DNA from: a virus
Lineage: Duplodnaviria > Caudoviricetes
Strand: one strand, 5' to 3'
Virus record (IMG/VR): IMGVR_UViG_3300036987_000310
Coordinates: 224,001 to 288,000 of that record
DNA length: 64,000 nucleotides
The position numbers were made by a program, and so were the translations under genes. The notes below the pieces were generated by a model. That model worked only from the letters and a program-made list of their open reading frames with translations, did not search any database and was not told where the DNA came from. Shown piece by piece: positions 27,396-35,723 of the stretch. The stretch's first letter is position 1; every line of letters starts with the position of its first letter.

Positions 27396-27785
27396 ATGAA
27401 GCTTTCAGAAATGACGCCAAAACAACTCCGCAAAAAGCGAGATCGAATTGACAAGCTTCTCGTTGAGAAAAGCTCAGTCAAGGTAATCCGATTCAAGTTC
27501 GACTCAGGCGACGACCACACCGTCGGGGCCTTTGAGCTGGAGGCTGACACGCCGCTCGGTCGGCTGGTGGGTAGCGGCACCGTCAACGGCGATTTTGGCG
27601 AAGAGGACTGGGAGCTGAACGGCCAAGAGCTCGTCGAGTGTCCCGCCTTGGGCTTGCCTCAAGCGAATGAGGCCAGCGGCGCGTATTTCGAGGAGCGTTC
27701 AAAAATTTTGCTTGTTGAGGCGCTCGAACAATGGTGTGAAGAGGCGCGGACCCTGCTTGCAAAAGGACGCCGCCTCACCAAGTGA
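27396..27785 (+). CDS. hypothetical protein with MKLSEMT N-terminal module
   Basis: SD GGAGGT; MKLSEMTPKQLRKKRDRIDKLL. Confidence 0.8.
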   Translation: MKLSEMTPKQLRKKRDRIDKLLVEKSSVKVIRFKFDSGDDHTVGAFELEADTPLGRLVGSGTVNGDFGEEDWELNGQELVECPALGLPQANEASGAYFEERSKILLVEALEQWCEEARTLLAKGRRLTK

Positions 27786-27805
27786 CTCGGCCCTAGGGGT
27801 GACCA

Positions 27806-28066
27806 ATGGCGTGCACATGGTGCAAATCGAACGATCATCTGGGCATCGAATGCCCGCAACGAAACGCGACCCCACGGACCGAGTCGCCGCCGCACCCAGA
27901 CTCGCGTGCCGTGGCCCAAGCCATCTTAGACCAGTTGTTCTCGGAGTTCGACGGCGAGTTCAGCATCCGCCTCGAGGACGACACGGACCATAAGGTGGAG
28001 ATCAAGTCGCACTGCCTGGTTGCGGCGGGCTACAGATTCCGCTTGGAGTATGGGCCAGATGACTAA
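27806..28066 (+). CDS. zinc-knuckle-containing small protein
   Basis: CTWCKSNDHLGIECP (CCHC). Confidence 0.7.
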   Translation: MACTWCKSNDHLGIECPQRNATPRTESPPHPDSRAVAQAILDQLFSEFDGEFSIRLEDDTDHKVEIKSHCLVAAGYRFRLEYGPDD

Positions 28067-28083
28067 CCGCCCCAAAGCATGTT

Positions 28084-28108
28084 GGAACTTGGCGCGGTTC
28101 GCACGTAT
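28084..28108 (+). promoter_or_regulatory. ECF-type promoter copy
   Basis: GGAAC-N16-GTAT. Confidence 0.8.
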
Positions 28109-28126
28109 TGGCGAGTGGAGGTTCCC

Positions 28127-28342
28127 ATGGCCCATTCGATCGATCTTCCCGAACTGAATAGCAACTCTGCGGCAGACGAAGTGGCTTCCGCTGTGGAGCT
28201 GATGCTCAAGGGCGTCGTGCAAGACAGCGGCGACGCTTGGCTGGACGAGGATTTCACCTGGCAGCTCCGCGTCGTCGACGGGGAGCTGATCGCCGAGTCT
28301 TCCGATGGCAAGCGGTACCGCATCGAGGTGAAAGCCCGCTGA
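28127..28342 (+). CDS. small acidic protein
   Basis: SD GGAGG. Confidence 0.7.
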   Translation: MAHSIDLPELNSNSAADEVASAVELMLKGVVQDSGDAWLDEDFTWQLRVVDGELIAESSDGKRYRIEVKAR

Positions 28343-28620
28343 TGCGCAGTCGGCAAAAGCGCTGGGAGAAGCGCCGCCTCCGCAAAGAGGTGCGTCGGGC
28401 CGAAAACGCCCAATTGCAGGAAAGGTCCTGCGCGCTGAGCCTCTTTTGCGACGAGTGCGGCGCCTTGGCAGTCCAGTTCATGCTGGCTGACGAGGGCTTT
28501 CGCCGAAAAGCCCTCGCGCGTTGCCCCCGGCACAGGCTGGTTCCGGGAGGCCACATGTTCGGCACGGTTGAGAAGATCGATGGTGAAGAGTTTTTGGCTT
28601 TCAAGGTGCAAGAGTCATGA
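28342..28620 (+). CDS. Zn-finger microprotein with C-terminal tag
   Basis: TGATG coupling; CDEC..CPRH; ends GEEFLAFKVQES*. Confidence 0.8.
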   Translation: MRSRQKRWEKRRLRKEVRRAENAQLQERSCALSLFCDECGALAVQFMLADEGFRRKALARCPRHRLVPGGHMFGTVEKIDGEEFLAFKVQES

Positions 28621-28823
28621 AGTGCAAATACGGATGCGGGTGCCAGAAAGAAGCCACCCGCTTCGCCCGAGTTAAAAACTCAGACTCGATGGTCATCCGG
28701 TGCGAAGAGCATTGGGAAAACTTCAAGCAGCACTTGGTCGGCGCTGGCCCGCAGAAAAAGAGCGTCGAGATTGAAGCTTTGACCGAAGACGAAGCTGTAA
28801 TTTTTCAAATTCAAAGAGACTAA
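28617..28823 (+). CDS. Zn-finger microprotein with C-terminal tag
   Basis: CKYGCGC..RCEEH; ends TEDEAVIFQIQRD*. Confidence 0.8.
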   Translation: MKCKYGCGCQKEATRFARVKNSDSMVIRCEEHWENFKQHLVGAGPQKKSVEIEALTEDEAVIFQIQRD

Positions 28824-28860
28824 GAGCCCCTTGCGCGCGTTGTCGACCGGAGCAGGCGAG

Positions 28861-28998
28861 ATGTTCACAATCAAAATTCCACGCAAGAGACCCCGCAACG
28901 CGCTGTTTTTGGCACAGGCCATGGGCTTGGCTCTCCGTCCCAGGCGGCTTGTCAAAAACAGCAAGCGCGACAAGTCTTGGAAAAAGGAGCAATGGTGA
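28861..28998 (+). CDS. small basic protein
   Basis: 45 aa, K/R-rich; below the ORF-track cutoff. Confidence 0.45.
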   Translation: MFTIKIPRKRPRNALFLAQAMGLALRPRRLVKNSKRDKSWKKEQW

Positions 28999-29153
28999 TG
29001 CACTTCTGCGGCAATCCTTTCCACGACGTTCCCCTGTACATCGTGTTGGCGCTGCCGTTTCTCGCGCCAATCTGGATCTGGCTTCGAGCCCGGTTTGGCC
29101 GTCAAGGGTGCGACTGCGGGCACGACCACGACAACGGGGAGAAGCATCCATGA
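28998..29153 (+). CDS. small single-TM protein
   Basis: TGATG coupled; VPLYIVLALPFLAPIWIWL; C-terminal CDCGHDH. Confidence 0.55.
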   Translation: MHFCGNPFHDVPLYIVLALPFLAPIWIWLRARFGRQGCDCGHDHDNGEKHP

Positions 29154-29359
29154 AATGCGACGCCATCATATCCATGTCCGGGCCGCTTGACGATGAAGTC
29201 GAGCGCTGCGGCTGCGGCTGCCGCGCCGTCCAGTTCATCTTGTTTAGCCAGGGCAAACTGTCCTGCCGATGCGAGGAGCATCAACTGCAGACGCAGTTCA
29301 AGGACGTGCGACGCCTCACTGAGGAGGAAGCCCTAGTTCATTCGACGATGGACGAATGA
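29150..29359 (+). CDS. Zn-finger microprotein with C-terminal tag
   Basis: CGCGC..CRCEEH; ends TEEEALVHSTMDE*. Confidence 0.8.
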   Translation: MKCDAIISMSGPLDDEVERCGCGCRAVQFILFSQGKLSCRCEEHQLQTQFKDVRRLTEEEALVHSTMDE

Positions 29360-29676
29360 AGGCTGTGAGAACCCGACCGCCGAAAATCCGGTTTCCGCCT
29401 GGAACGTTCGTCCGCTTGTGGGATGAGCCGGACCGCTTGTGGGAGGTGGTTTGGCTGTACCGGATGCGAGAAGAGCCAAACGTTTGGCTCCACGTGTTGA
29501 AAGTCGCGACACATTTCGAGACCAGTATCGCGCGAGGCGAGGCCCGGATAATCTGGAGCCCGGTTGTTGGACTTCACAACACGGGCATAGACCCATGGTC
29601 GTACAGCCGAATCGTGTCTACGCCGAACATGATTCGGCTAGCTGAGATCGCCATTGACGACATCATGGAGTCTTGA
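29356..29676 (+). CDS. hypothetical protein with C-terminal tag
   Basis: Ends AEIAIDDIMES*. Confidence 0.8.
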   Translation: MKAVRTRPPKIRFPPGTFVRLWDEPDRLWEVVWLYRMREEPNVWLHVLKVATHFETSIARGEARIIWSPVVGLHNTGIDPWSYSRIVSTPNMIRLAEIAIDDIMES

Positions 29677-30191
29677 GACTGTCAGAATCGGGCGCTTTCA
29701 AGCGTCCAAAGTTTATGTGCACGAAAATTCTCCTGAGCCAAATGGAGCAACTGCGATGGGATGGCGTTTCGAGACTCGTTGGCAACGAATGGTCCTTGCA
29801 GTTTTTCACTGACTCCTGGACCAAGGGGCTGGCCGTCACTCTCTACTTGACTGGCTTCAAAAGGGAAAAGAGGAAATGTCTGGTCCTGCGTCAAGGCCAA
29901 CGAGTTAAGCTGATTCGAGAAATGGTTTGCCTCTGGGCGGGGCGCGAGTCTGTCGAGTCGACTGCCTGGATTGGCAAAAGGATCGACAAAGACACGAGAA
30001 TCGGGCCGAATTTGCAGCAGTTCGTCAACGCCATCATGTCCAGGTGGGTCGACGGAAACCAGGTGGCTTGCGACCGGGCCATGGGCCAGCTCAGGCGAGC
30101 TGTGGCGAAGGCTCAAAAAGCAGGGCTGACTGAGGCTGACATGAAGGCTGCCTGGGACGAGGCTTTGCTCGCTCAAATGTTGTTGTCGTGA
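29673..30191 (+). CDS. hypothetical protein, tag variant
   Basis: Ends AAWDEALLAQMLLS*. Confidence 0.75.
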   Translation: MRLSESGAFKRPKFMCTKILLSQMEQLRWDGVSRLVGNEWSLQFFTDSWTKGLAVTLYLTGFKREKRKCLVLRQGQRVKLIREMVCLWAGRESVESTAWIGKRIDKDTRIGPNLQQFVNAIMSRWVDGNQVACDRAMGQLRRAVAKAQKAGLTEADMKAAWDEALLAQMLLS

Positions 30192-30290
30192 TCAACTAGC
30201 CCATGCCAGAGAGCTGGAAAATACCACTGAAAAGTTGGTATGATTGAGCGATGCAGTCCAGGACTGGCTGATGACTGTTTGAAACGGGTC

Positions 30291-30315
30291 GGAGCTGCCA
30301 GCACGCTGCGCGTAT
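30291..30315 (+). promoter_or_regulatory. ECF-type promoter copy
   Basis: GGAGC-N16-GTAT. Confidence 0.75.
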
Positions 30316-30334
30316 CGACCGCTGGAGGCACCAC

Positions 30335-30550
30335 ATGAATTTCGTTTGCTCTCAGATCGAGACATGCGGCGGCGCGGATGCCGTGTATGTCTATTTCCGC
30401 CAGGAGCCAACTGAAGCCGACTGGGAAGAAGCGCTAGCTTCTGAGCAGGAAGGAAACCCGGACGAAGCGTGGGAAGACCGAGAAGAAGTTCCCACCGCTT
30501 TGACTGAAGCAATGCAACTCAAGCGATACTACATGGGAAGAGTTGGCTAA
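30335..30550 (+). CDS. small acidic protein, paralog of the C-terminal half of 25612-26034
   Basis: SD GGAGG. Confidence 0.8.
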   Translation: MNFVCSQIETCGGADAVYVYFRQEPTEADWEEALASEQEGNPDEAWEDREEVPTALTEAMQLKRYYMGRVG

Positions 30551-31003
30551 ATGGGAAAGCGGGACCCGTTGGCTGCGTGTCCAGATTTTCAGGACTTTGT
30601 TGACTCCATGGACTTCCAACAGTTGACGGAGCTGGAGACGGTTGTGCGCGTCGCAATGGCTCGACAAAAGCGTGACATGGCAAAAGCTGCCGGGTACGCT
30701 TTTAGCGAACGCTTTGCCGATCGCGCACCTGAAAGCTACGTCACAGGCATTTCAGAGCTGCTTTTCAACACTCCAATTGGGTTGTTGAAAGTCGTTGACT
30801 TGGAGTTCGAGGAACCAACAGTTACCTTGAATAACAAGAAGGTTGGAGAAACGGGGGCTATTGGAGCTTTTGAGCTGGATTTGATAGTTCACTTGCATGG
30901 GGCCAGGAACCTAGGGGAAGCTGAGTGGGAAGTTATGCGCTCCGTGCAAAAATACCGCGATGTCATTGACGAATGGACGGTTTCCGCCGTGCAAGAGGAA
31001 TAG
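30551..31003 (+). CDS. hypothetical protein with C-terminal tag
   Basis: Ends VIDEWTVSAVQEE*. Confidence 0.8.
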   Translation: MGKRDPLAACPDFQDFVDSMDFQQLTELETVVRVAMARQKRDMAKAAGYAFSERFADRAPESYVTGISELLFNTPIGLLKVVDLEFEEPTVTLNNKKVGETGAIGAFELDLIVHLHGARNLGEAEWEVMRSVQKYRDVIDEWTVSAVQEE

Positions 31004-31028
31004 GCAAACCTGGCCCTCAAAAGCTAAC

Positions 31029-31053
31029 GCAGCTCGGCGCGGTTCGCGCGTAT
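31029..31053 (+). promoter_or_regulatory. ECF-type promoter copy
   Basis: GCAGC-N16-GTAT. Confidence 0.7.
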
Positions 31054-31097
31054 TCCCCGATGCGGCAATAACGCCGCCTGTTTCCCGAGGTGACGAC

Positions 31098-31358
31098 ATG
31101 ACGAAGCTGGACCTGTTGGCGCGGATTGACCGGCTGGTGGAACAGGGCGCAGTGTCAGTGCAGGCGCTGCCCGAGGGCGTCCGGCTGGACGAGCTGGACG
31201 ATTTCGCCTGCGCGGTCGACCTGTTCGGCGATGCCACCCCGGCGATCGACATCGAGCTCGAGCGATATGTCGACGTCCAGCCCACCGGCCATCGCCGCTG
31301 GGACTCGTCCGAGGACTGCGGCGAGCACTTCATCGACAGCGGCTACATCCTGGACTGA
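31098..31358 (+). CDS. acidic hypothetical protein
   Basis: SD GAGGTGA; high GC3. Confidence 0.75.
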   Translation: MTKLDLLARIDRLVEQGAVSVQALPEGVRLDELDDFACAVDLFGDATPAIDIELERYVDVQPTGHRRWDSSEDCGEHFIDSGYILD

Positions 31359-31398
31359 TGCCGGACGAGCCACCACCAGGGGGTGCTGTTCCCCGAGG

Positions 31399-31423
31399 CG
31401 ACATCGCGCGCTTGTCCGAGTAT
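31399..31423 (+). promoter_or_regulatory. ECF-type promoter copy (weak -35)
   Basis: CGACA-N16-GTAT. Confidence 0.5.
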
Positions 31424-31435
31424 CGGAGCTAGACG

Positions 31436-31645
31436 ATGACTAACTCGAACGGAGAACCCGTGATGAGACACGTTCTTGTGGAATGCGACGGCGAGCACTT
31501 CCTGGTAAAGGTTGCCGACGACAACGAGTGGGAGCAAACCCTTCGGTACTTCAACGACTGCGGCTTGAAATTCTCCACCCGAGAGTTGCTCGAACCGCTT
31601 GTGCCGGGTGAGCTGAGCGACATCCTTGCCCCAAGGGACGAATAG
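31436..31645 (+). CDS. small acidic protein
   Basis: ORF follows a promoter copy. Confidence 0.65.
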   Translation: MTNSNGEPVMRHVLVECDGEHFLVKVADDNEWEQTLRYFNDCGLKFSTRELLEPLVPGELSDILAPRDE

Positions 31646-31665
31646 CGAGGAATGGGAGAAAATCC

Positions 31666-31899
31666 ATGAAGTACGTCGTCATCGTGGGCCATCCTTTGAT
31701 GCAAAGGGACCCCTGCATGTTCACGGACATTCAGGGCGTGGTTGGCTGCCAGTCTCTGGAGCAGGTTCAGGAGGCGATAAATGCCAACCGCGTCCACCGA
31801 AATGGAGACTGGACTGTGTTCGAGCTGGTCGACGGCAAGTTCCAACAGCGGAGCGTCTGCTTCGAGCCTGACGGCAGAACTGTCAAGAATGTCCAATGA
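31666..31899 (+). CDS. small hypothetical protein
   Basis: SD GGGAG. Confidence 0.65.
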   Translation: MKYVVIVGHPLMQRDPCMFTDIQGVVGCQSLEQVQEAINANRVHRNGDWTVFELVDGKFQQRSVCFEPDGRTVKNVQ

Positions 31900-32128
31900 C
31901 AACCCGATGCAGTGCGACGGAGTGGACTTTGGCGGAAACTGGAAACGATGCAAAAACAACCCGGTCGAGTACTGGGTGCGAGTTGAACCCAGCTTCCACT
32001 GGGTCAAGCGCATTAGCTTGTGCGCAGAGTGCGCCCGCTTTTACTGGATCCAAACCGTCTATTCCAAGCATTCGTTCAAGCAAGCAACCTTGCAGGAGTG
32101 GGTTTGCCACTGCGTGCAGGAAGAATAG
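31889..32128 (+). CDS. Zn-finger microprotein with C-terminal tag
   Basis: C..C..LCAEC; ends TLQEWVCHCVQEE*. Confidence 0.75.
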   Translation: MSNDNPMQCDGVDFGGNWKRCKNNPVEYWVRVEPSFHWVKRISLCAECARFYWIQTVYSKHSFKQATLQEWVCHCVQEE

Positions 32129-32159
32129 CCCAGTCCAAACCGTGGCGGGAGGGTGACGA

Positions 32160-32405
32160 ATGACAAAGCAAGAACTTTTCGAACTGATTGACGGCTACTG
32201 GCCCGTGATCTCCAAAGGCAGGGTTGTTGGGTTGGAGAACGACGAGGGAGAAAAGCCTCTTCCTGACGGGGTTGTTGGCTACGTCGACGCCCACCCTGAA
32301 GGCTCGGACCGGGGAGGCTACGTTCCGTTTCTGGAGACAGACGGCGAACAGGTCTACCACTACGCTTGCAAATGGCGATGGCTAAGCGGAAGTCAACGGC
32401 GATAA
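32160..32405 (+). CDS. hypothetical protein
   Basis: SD GGAGGGTGA. Confidence 0.65.
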   Translation: MTKQELFELIDGYWPVISKGRVVGLENDEGEKPLPDGVVGYVDAHPEGSDRGGYVPFLETDGEQVYHYACKWRWLSGSQRR

Positions 32406-32722
32406 TGAGACACGAGCGCTATCACCAGCCAAAAGCAGTGCCCTGCGAATGCGGCTCCACAGAGGCGTACTGGCATGGGCCCGAGACCGGCCTTCGCGAA
32501 TATTGCTGCGACGCGTGTTGGGCTCGTCAGCAAAAGCTGTGCGTCTCCTGCGGCGAGCCCATTCCGCCCAAGCGGCTGGAAATCCTGCCGGGCACCACGA
32601 CCTGCGTCGCCTGCTCCTCGGTCACAAAAAAGAGCATTCAAGACATGCCTGGTCGAGCCGTGGTTCAGCACACGGGCGGCCTGCACGAGAAATATTTGCA
32701 CGAAGAGGACTTGGAAGACTGA
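32405..32722 (+). CDS. DksA/TraR-type C4 zinc finger protein
   Basis: CVSCGEPIPPKRLEILPGTTTCVAC, preceded by a second CECG..CCDAC Zn motif. Confidence 0.75.
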   Translation: MRHERYHQPKAVPCECGSTEAYWHGPETGLREYCCDACWARQQKLCVSCGEPIPPKRLEILPGTTTCVACSSVTKKSIQDMPGRAVVQHTGGLHEKYLHEEDLED

Positions 32723-32723
32723 G

Positions 32724-32918
32724 ATGGCTAAACAACCAATTGACATCCCGTGCGCGTGGTGCTTCGGAGGAACCTTCATGGCCGTGCATTTCATGCAAGA
32801 CTTGGACGGCACAGGACCACTGACGCCACTGTGTGTGGGCCATACCATATGCACTGAAGGATTGTTCATTCCTTTGGAAGAAGGACTAGACGCCTGGATG
32901 TACGAAGAAGAGGACTGA
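32724..32918 (+). CDS. Zn-finger microprotein, tag-less family member
   Basis: CAWC..LCVGH; ends PLEEGLDAWMYEEED*. Confidence 0.7.
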   Translation: MAKQPIDIPCAWCFGGTFMAVHFMQDLDGTGPLTPLCVGHTICTEGLFIPLEEGLDAWMYEEED

Positions 32919-33021
32919 AGAACAGGTTTGGCCCCGTCTTAGGGCCAAGACCCCGTCCCAGGTAGTACAAAAGCCAGGAAGACCCCTCCGCGTGGCAGGA
33001 CGGGCCGGTTCGAACAGAACC

Positions 33022-33046
33022 GAAACCCGAGCGCGCTCGTGCGTAT
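33022..33046 (+). promoter_or_regulatory. ECF-type promoter copy
   Basis: GAAAC-N16-GTAT. Confidence 0.75.
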
Positions 33047-33100
33047 TCGCGACGGGGAACAACGCAATGACCCGGCCGACCGGGTTTTAAGGAGCTAGCC

Positions 33101-33493
33101 ATGATGAAGGTGACCATCCGAGTCGAGTTGACCGTGGACGAGGACGAGATGGCAATCGAGCAGATCGACCTGCCCGCCAAGATTCGCCAGCTTTGCCGCG
33201 ACGCGTTCGGCGAGTTCGGAGACCACAGGCGCGATGCCAAGGCGTACGTTGCCAAGCGGTACTCTGGCGCGTGGTTCGACTCTGCGAACAAGGTCCGCGA
33301 GGTCGAAGGACGTGTCGAGCTGGCCTGCCTCTTGAGCGCGGGGGTCTCGGACGCGATCATCGAGGTCCAGGCATGTTGCCCCAAGTGCGGCGCTGTCGAG
33401 CCCAGGGCTGACTCCACATGCCCCGTTTGCCGGGACGCCTACTGCAGCATGATGGAGAGCGCCGACGCCCAGATGGGAGACTCCACGCCATGA
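33101..33493 (+). CDS. hypothetical protein with C-terminal double CxxC
   Basis: SD AAGGAG; CPKC..CPVC. Confidence 0.75.
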   Translation: MMKVTIRVELTVDEDEMAIEQIDLPAKIRQLCRDAFGEFGDHRRDAKAYVAKRYSGAWFDSANKVREVEGRVELACLLSAGVSDAIIEVQACCPKCGAVEPRADSTCPVCRDAYCSMMESADAQMGDSTP

Positions 33494-33732
33494 AAATCAC
33501 CGTCGTGACCCTTTACAGGGGAGACACCGCTGACCACTACGTCGGAGCCGTCGCGGGGTCTTTGACCCACGCCCAGCGGCTGGTCGTCGCCAAGCGCCTT
33601 GACGCCAAGTTTGGCGAGGAAGACGAGAACGACGAGCGCCTGGTTTACTTCCGGGAGATTGTCGTGGCCCAAAGCGTCAACGATTTCAAAGGGGTTCAGA
33701 ACATCGACGACGAAGACTACGCGGGAGACTGA
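33490..33732 (+). CDS. small acidic protein
   Basis: ATGA coupling. Confidence 0.7.
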   Translation: MKITVVTLYRGDTADHYVGAVAGSLTHAQRLVVAKRLDAKFGEEDENDERLVYFREIVVAQSVNDFKGVQNIDDEDYAGD

Positions 33733-33991
33733 TATGTGGCAGGAAGTCGAGCAAGATCTGCCACATATTTGAGTTGAGCCAATGGCCCTGACAAACCACG
33801 CAAGCCCGGCTTGCTTTCCCATAGCCTAGTGGAGGTTAGCGAGAATGGGGTGGCGATGCGTTTGGTTAAGAAACAAGTGGCTGCAGCGCGTGCAAGGATA
33901 CCGTTCGAACAGCTGCTGCGCGCTGGTTTGCTTGCAGCAGCTGGCAATGGCGGAAACCCGCCGAGCCCTGTCTTGCCCGAAGGAGGGTGAA

Positions 33992-34168
33992 GTGAAAACG
34001 TACCGAGTCAAAATCATGGACGAGAGCGGTTGCCCAGCCGCCATCGAAGTGCGGGTCGGAGACGCGGACAGCCAGCGCGAGGCAGAGCTTCGAGTCAAGG
34101 AGCTGATTGTGCCTGGCGTCGAAGTGGTGTCCGTCGAATTGGGCGAATCGGACGAAACCGAGCCATGA
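33992..34168 (+). CDS. small acidic protein
   Basis: SD AAGGAGG, GTG start. Confidence 0.6.
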   Translation: MKTYRVKIMDESGCPAAIEVRVGDADSQREAELRVKELIVPGVEVVSVELGESDETEP

Positions 34169-34344
34169 CCTGCTTCTGGTGCCTTTGCAGAGCCGTGCAG
34201 CTTTGGCTCCCAAACAGTCCGTCCGATGGTCCGCTCTGGATCTGCGGCAACCATTCGGAAGACTTCGTCAGAGTGTTGGCGGAGTCAGGGTTCAGGCAGG
34301 CAACGCCTGAAGAGTTCGACATGGGCGTAGTTCATCAGACGTAG
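34165..34344 (+). CDS. Zn-finger microprotein with C-terminal tag
   Basis: CFWCLC..ICGNH; ends TPEEFDMGVVHQT*. Confidence 0.75.
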   Translation: MTCFWCLCRAVQLWLPNSPSDGPLWICGNHSEDFVRVLAESGFRQATPEEFDMGVVHQT

Positions 34345-34359
34345 ACCCATGGCATCACT

Positions 34360-34830
34360 TGACAAAATATGTGGCATATATTTGTGGCAAAGCGCGGCTC
34401 GGTCGGGTCCAAGCATTCAAGCCTGGCGTGCATGGTTGTCTGCGCTCAAATGTGTGGCAGGATTTTTGGCGATCTGTGCCAGGGGGTCTGGTTGGAAACT
34501 GGCGGCTTCAACAGGCCGCAGACGCTTTGAAGGAATCCTTCAAAAGCGCGGTTCAAACCCCTGGCAGGAAGTTTTAAAACCCATGGCATATCCTTCAACG
34601 AGAAGGGCATGAGCAGCCCTGGATCGGCTTCCAACTCTGCCTGATTTGCGCCATTCTTCAAAAGACATTATGCCAATCCTTTTTAAACATTCTGCGCCAA
34701 GATCAGCCGGACGCCATGGCAGGGGTTTGAGACAGGGGTTTGCCAAAGGACCGACCGGAGCAGAGCCATCCACGGATTGCCCCAGTGCAGTCCTTTGGCA
34801 AACCCCTGGCAGGGGTTTTCGAACGCCACG
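34360..34830. repeat. non-coding array of TGGCAGG(GGTTT)/AAACCCCTG direct and inverted repeats
   Basis: AAACCCCTGGCAGG at 34555-34568 and 34800-34813; 18-bp perfect inverted repeat 34733-34750/34791-34808. Confidence 0.75.
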
Positions 34831-34861
34831 GCAGGACTGTTCAAAATACATGCCGCCCATT

Positions 34862-35092
34862 TCAAGCAGCGCGACTGTGCTTGAGCGCCAAGGTGAGCTC
34901 CCAGCGCGCAACCAACTGCGCGGGAAGCAAAGAGATGTCTGCCAAGGGCCACGCGCAGTACTCCCACCCCTCCGAGCCGAATCTCTGGATGAGGGATTTG
35001 TCCTTGGGACAGAAGTAGTGATCGGTCCCGCGAAGGGTGCCTAGGTAAACGCAAGCGTCGCAATCATGGGTGTGCAGCGGCATACTCGTCAC
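34862..35092 (-). CDS. small Cys/His-containing protein
   Basis: SD GGAGGTGA; HTHDCDAC..DHYFC. Confidence 0.7.
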   Translation of the reverse strand: MTSMPLHTHDCDACVYLGTLRGTDHYFCPKDKSLIQRFGSEGWEYCAWPLADISLLPAQLVARWELTLALKHSRAA

Positions 35093-35103
35093 CTCCTGTT
35101 AGA

Positions 35104-35153
35104 ACCCAAACCTGTAGCCCGAAGCTAGCGGGACTCGAGATACAGGTTTGGGT
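35104..35153. terminator. 13-bp inverted-repeat hairpin between two minus-strand genes
   Basis: ACCCAAACCTGTA-N24-TACAGGTTTGGGT. Confidence 0.5.
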
Positions 35154-35204
35154 GGATCCCCTCGGGGACCCACCCTTCAGGCGGGAGCGGTGGCGGGATG
35201 TCGG

Positions 35205-35681
35205 TCAGCGGACGGAGAACATCGCGGCAGTGACGCCGAGCTCGGGCTCTTGGCCGATGGCCCACACCCGGAGGGAGACCGAGAGCTGCTTGGCGTAGCG
35301 GGACCCGATGTGGCTCAGGTAAGCCATCTGTCCGACGAACTTGAACCCATCGGCCTTGTACTCGGTCTCCTCGTCGGTGGGGGCGCCGTTCAGGAGGGCC
35401 TCGATGGCCTTGGTGGCGGTGGCGGCGTGAGAGGACATGAGCCCGCGACGATTCTTGTCCTTGGTCTCCTTGGTGGCCTGCTCGAACTCGGTCTGCAGGT
35501 GGTACATCAGGAAGGCGTTGGCGATCCGGACGTCATCCCTGTCCTCCAGAACCCGGCGGACGCCCTTCTCGCCGATGAAGGGGTACTGGCGGCCATCCCG
35601 GTTCACGACGGGCGGAATCTCGGAGGCGAGGGCGGCGAGGGTCGAGTCGAGGTCGGTGCAGTTGTCGAGATTGATCGTCAT
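35205..35681 (-). CDS. hypothetical protein
   Basis: SD AAGGAG; very high GC3. Confidence 0.8.
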   Translation of the reverse strand: MTINLDNCTDLDSTLAALASEIPPVVNRDGRQYPFIGEKGVRRVLEDRDDVRIANAFLMYHLQTEFEQATKETKDKNRRGLMSSHAATATKAIEALLNGAPTDEETEYKADGFKFVGQMAYLSHIGSRYAKQLSVSLRVWAIGQEPELGVTAAMFSVR

Positions 35682-35723
35682 GGCTGGCTCCTTCGCGGGT
35701 GTTGGTTCGTCCCGCATCTTCCG

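Noticed and set aside
33734-33770. 11-bp inverted repeat ATATGTGGCAG/CTGCCACATAT
   Set aside because: Most simply a terminator hairpin after 33490-33732; noted only as related to the 34.4 kb repeat cores.
34345-34861. Possible CRISPR array
   Set aside because: Repeats are short, in both orientations and irregularly spaced, with no constant repeat-spacer period; no cas genes are seen in the window.
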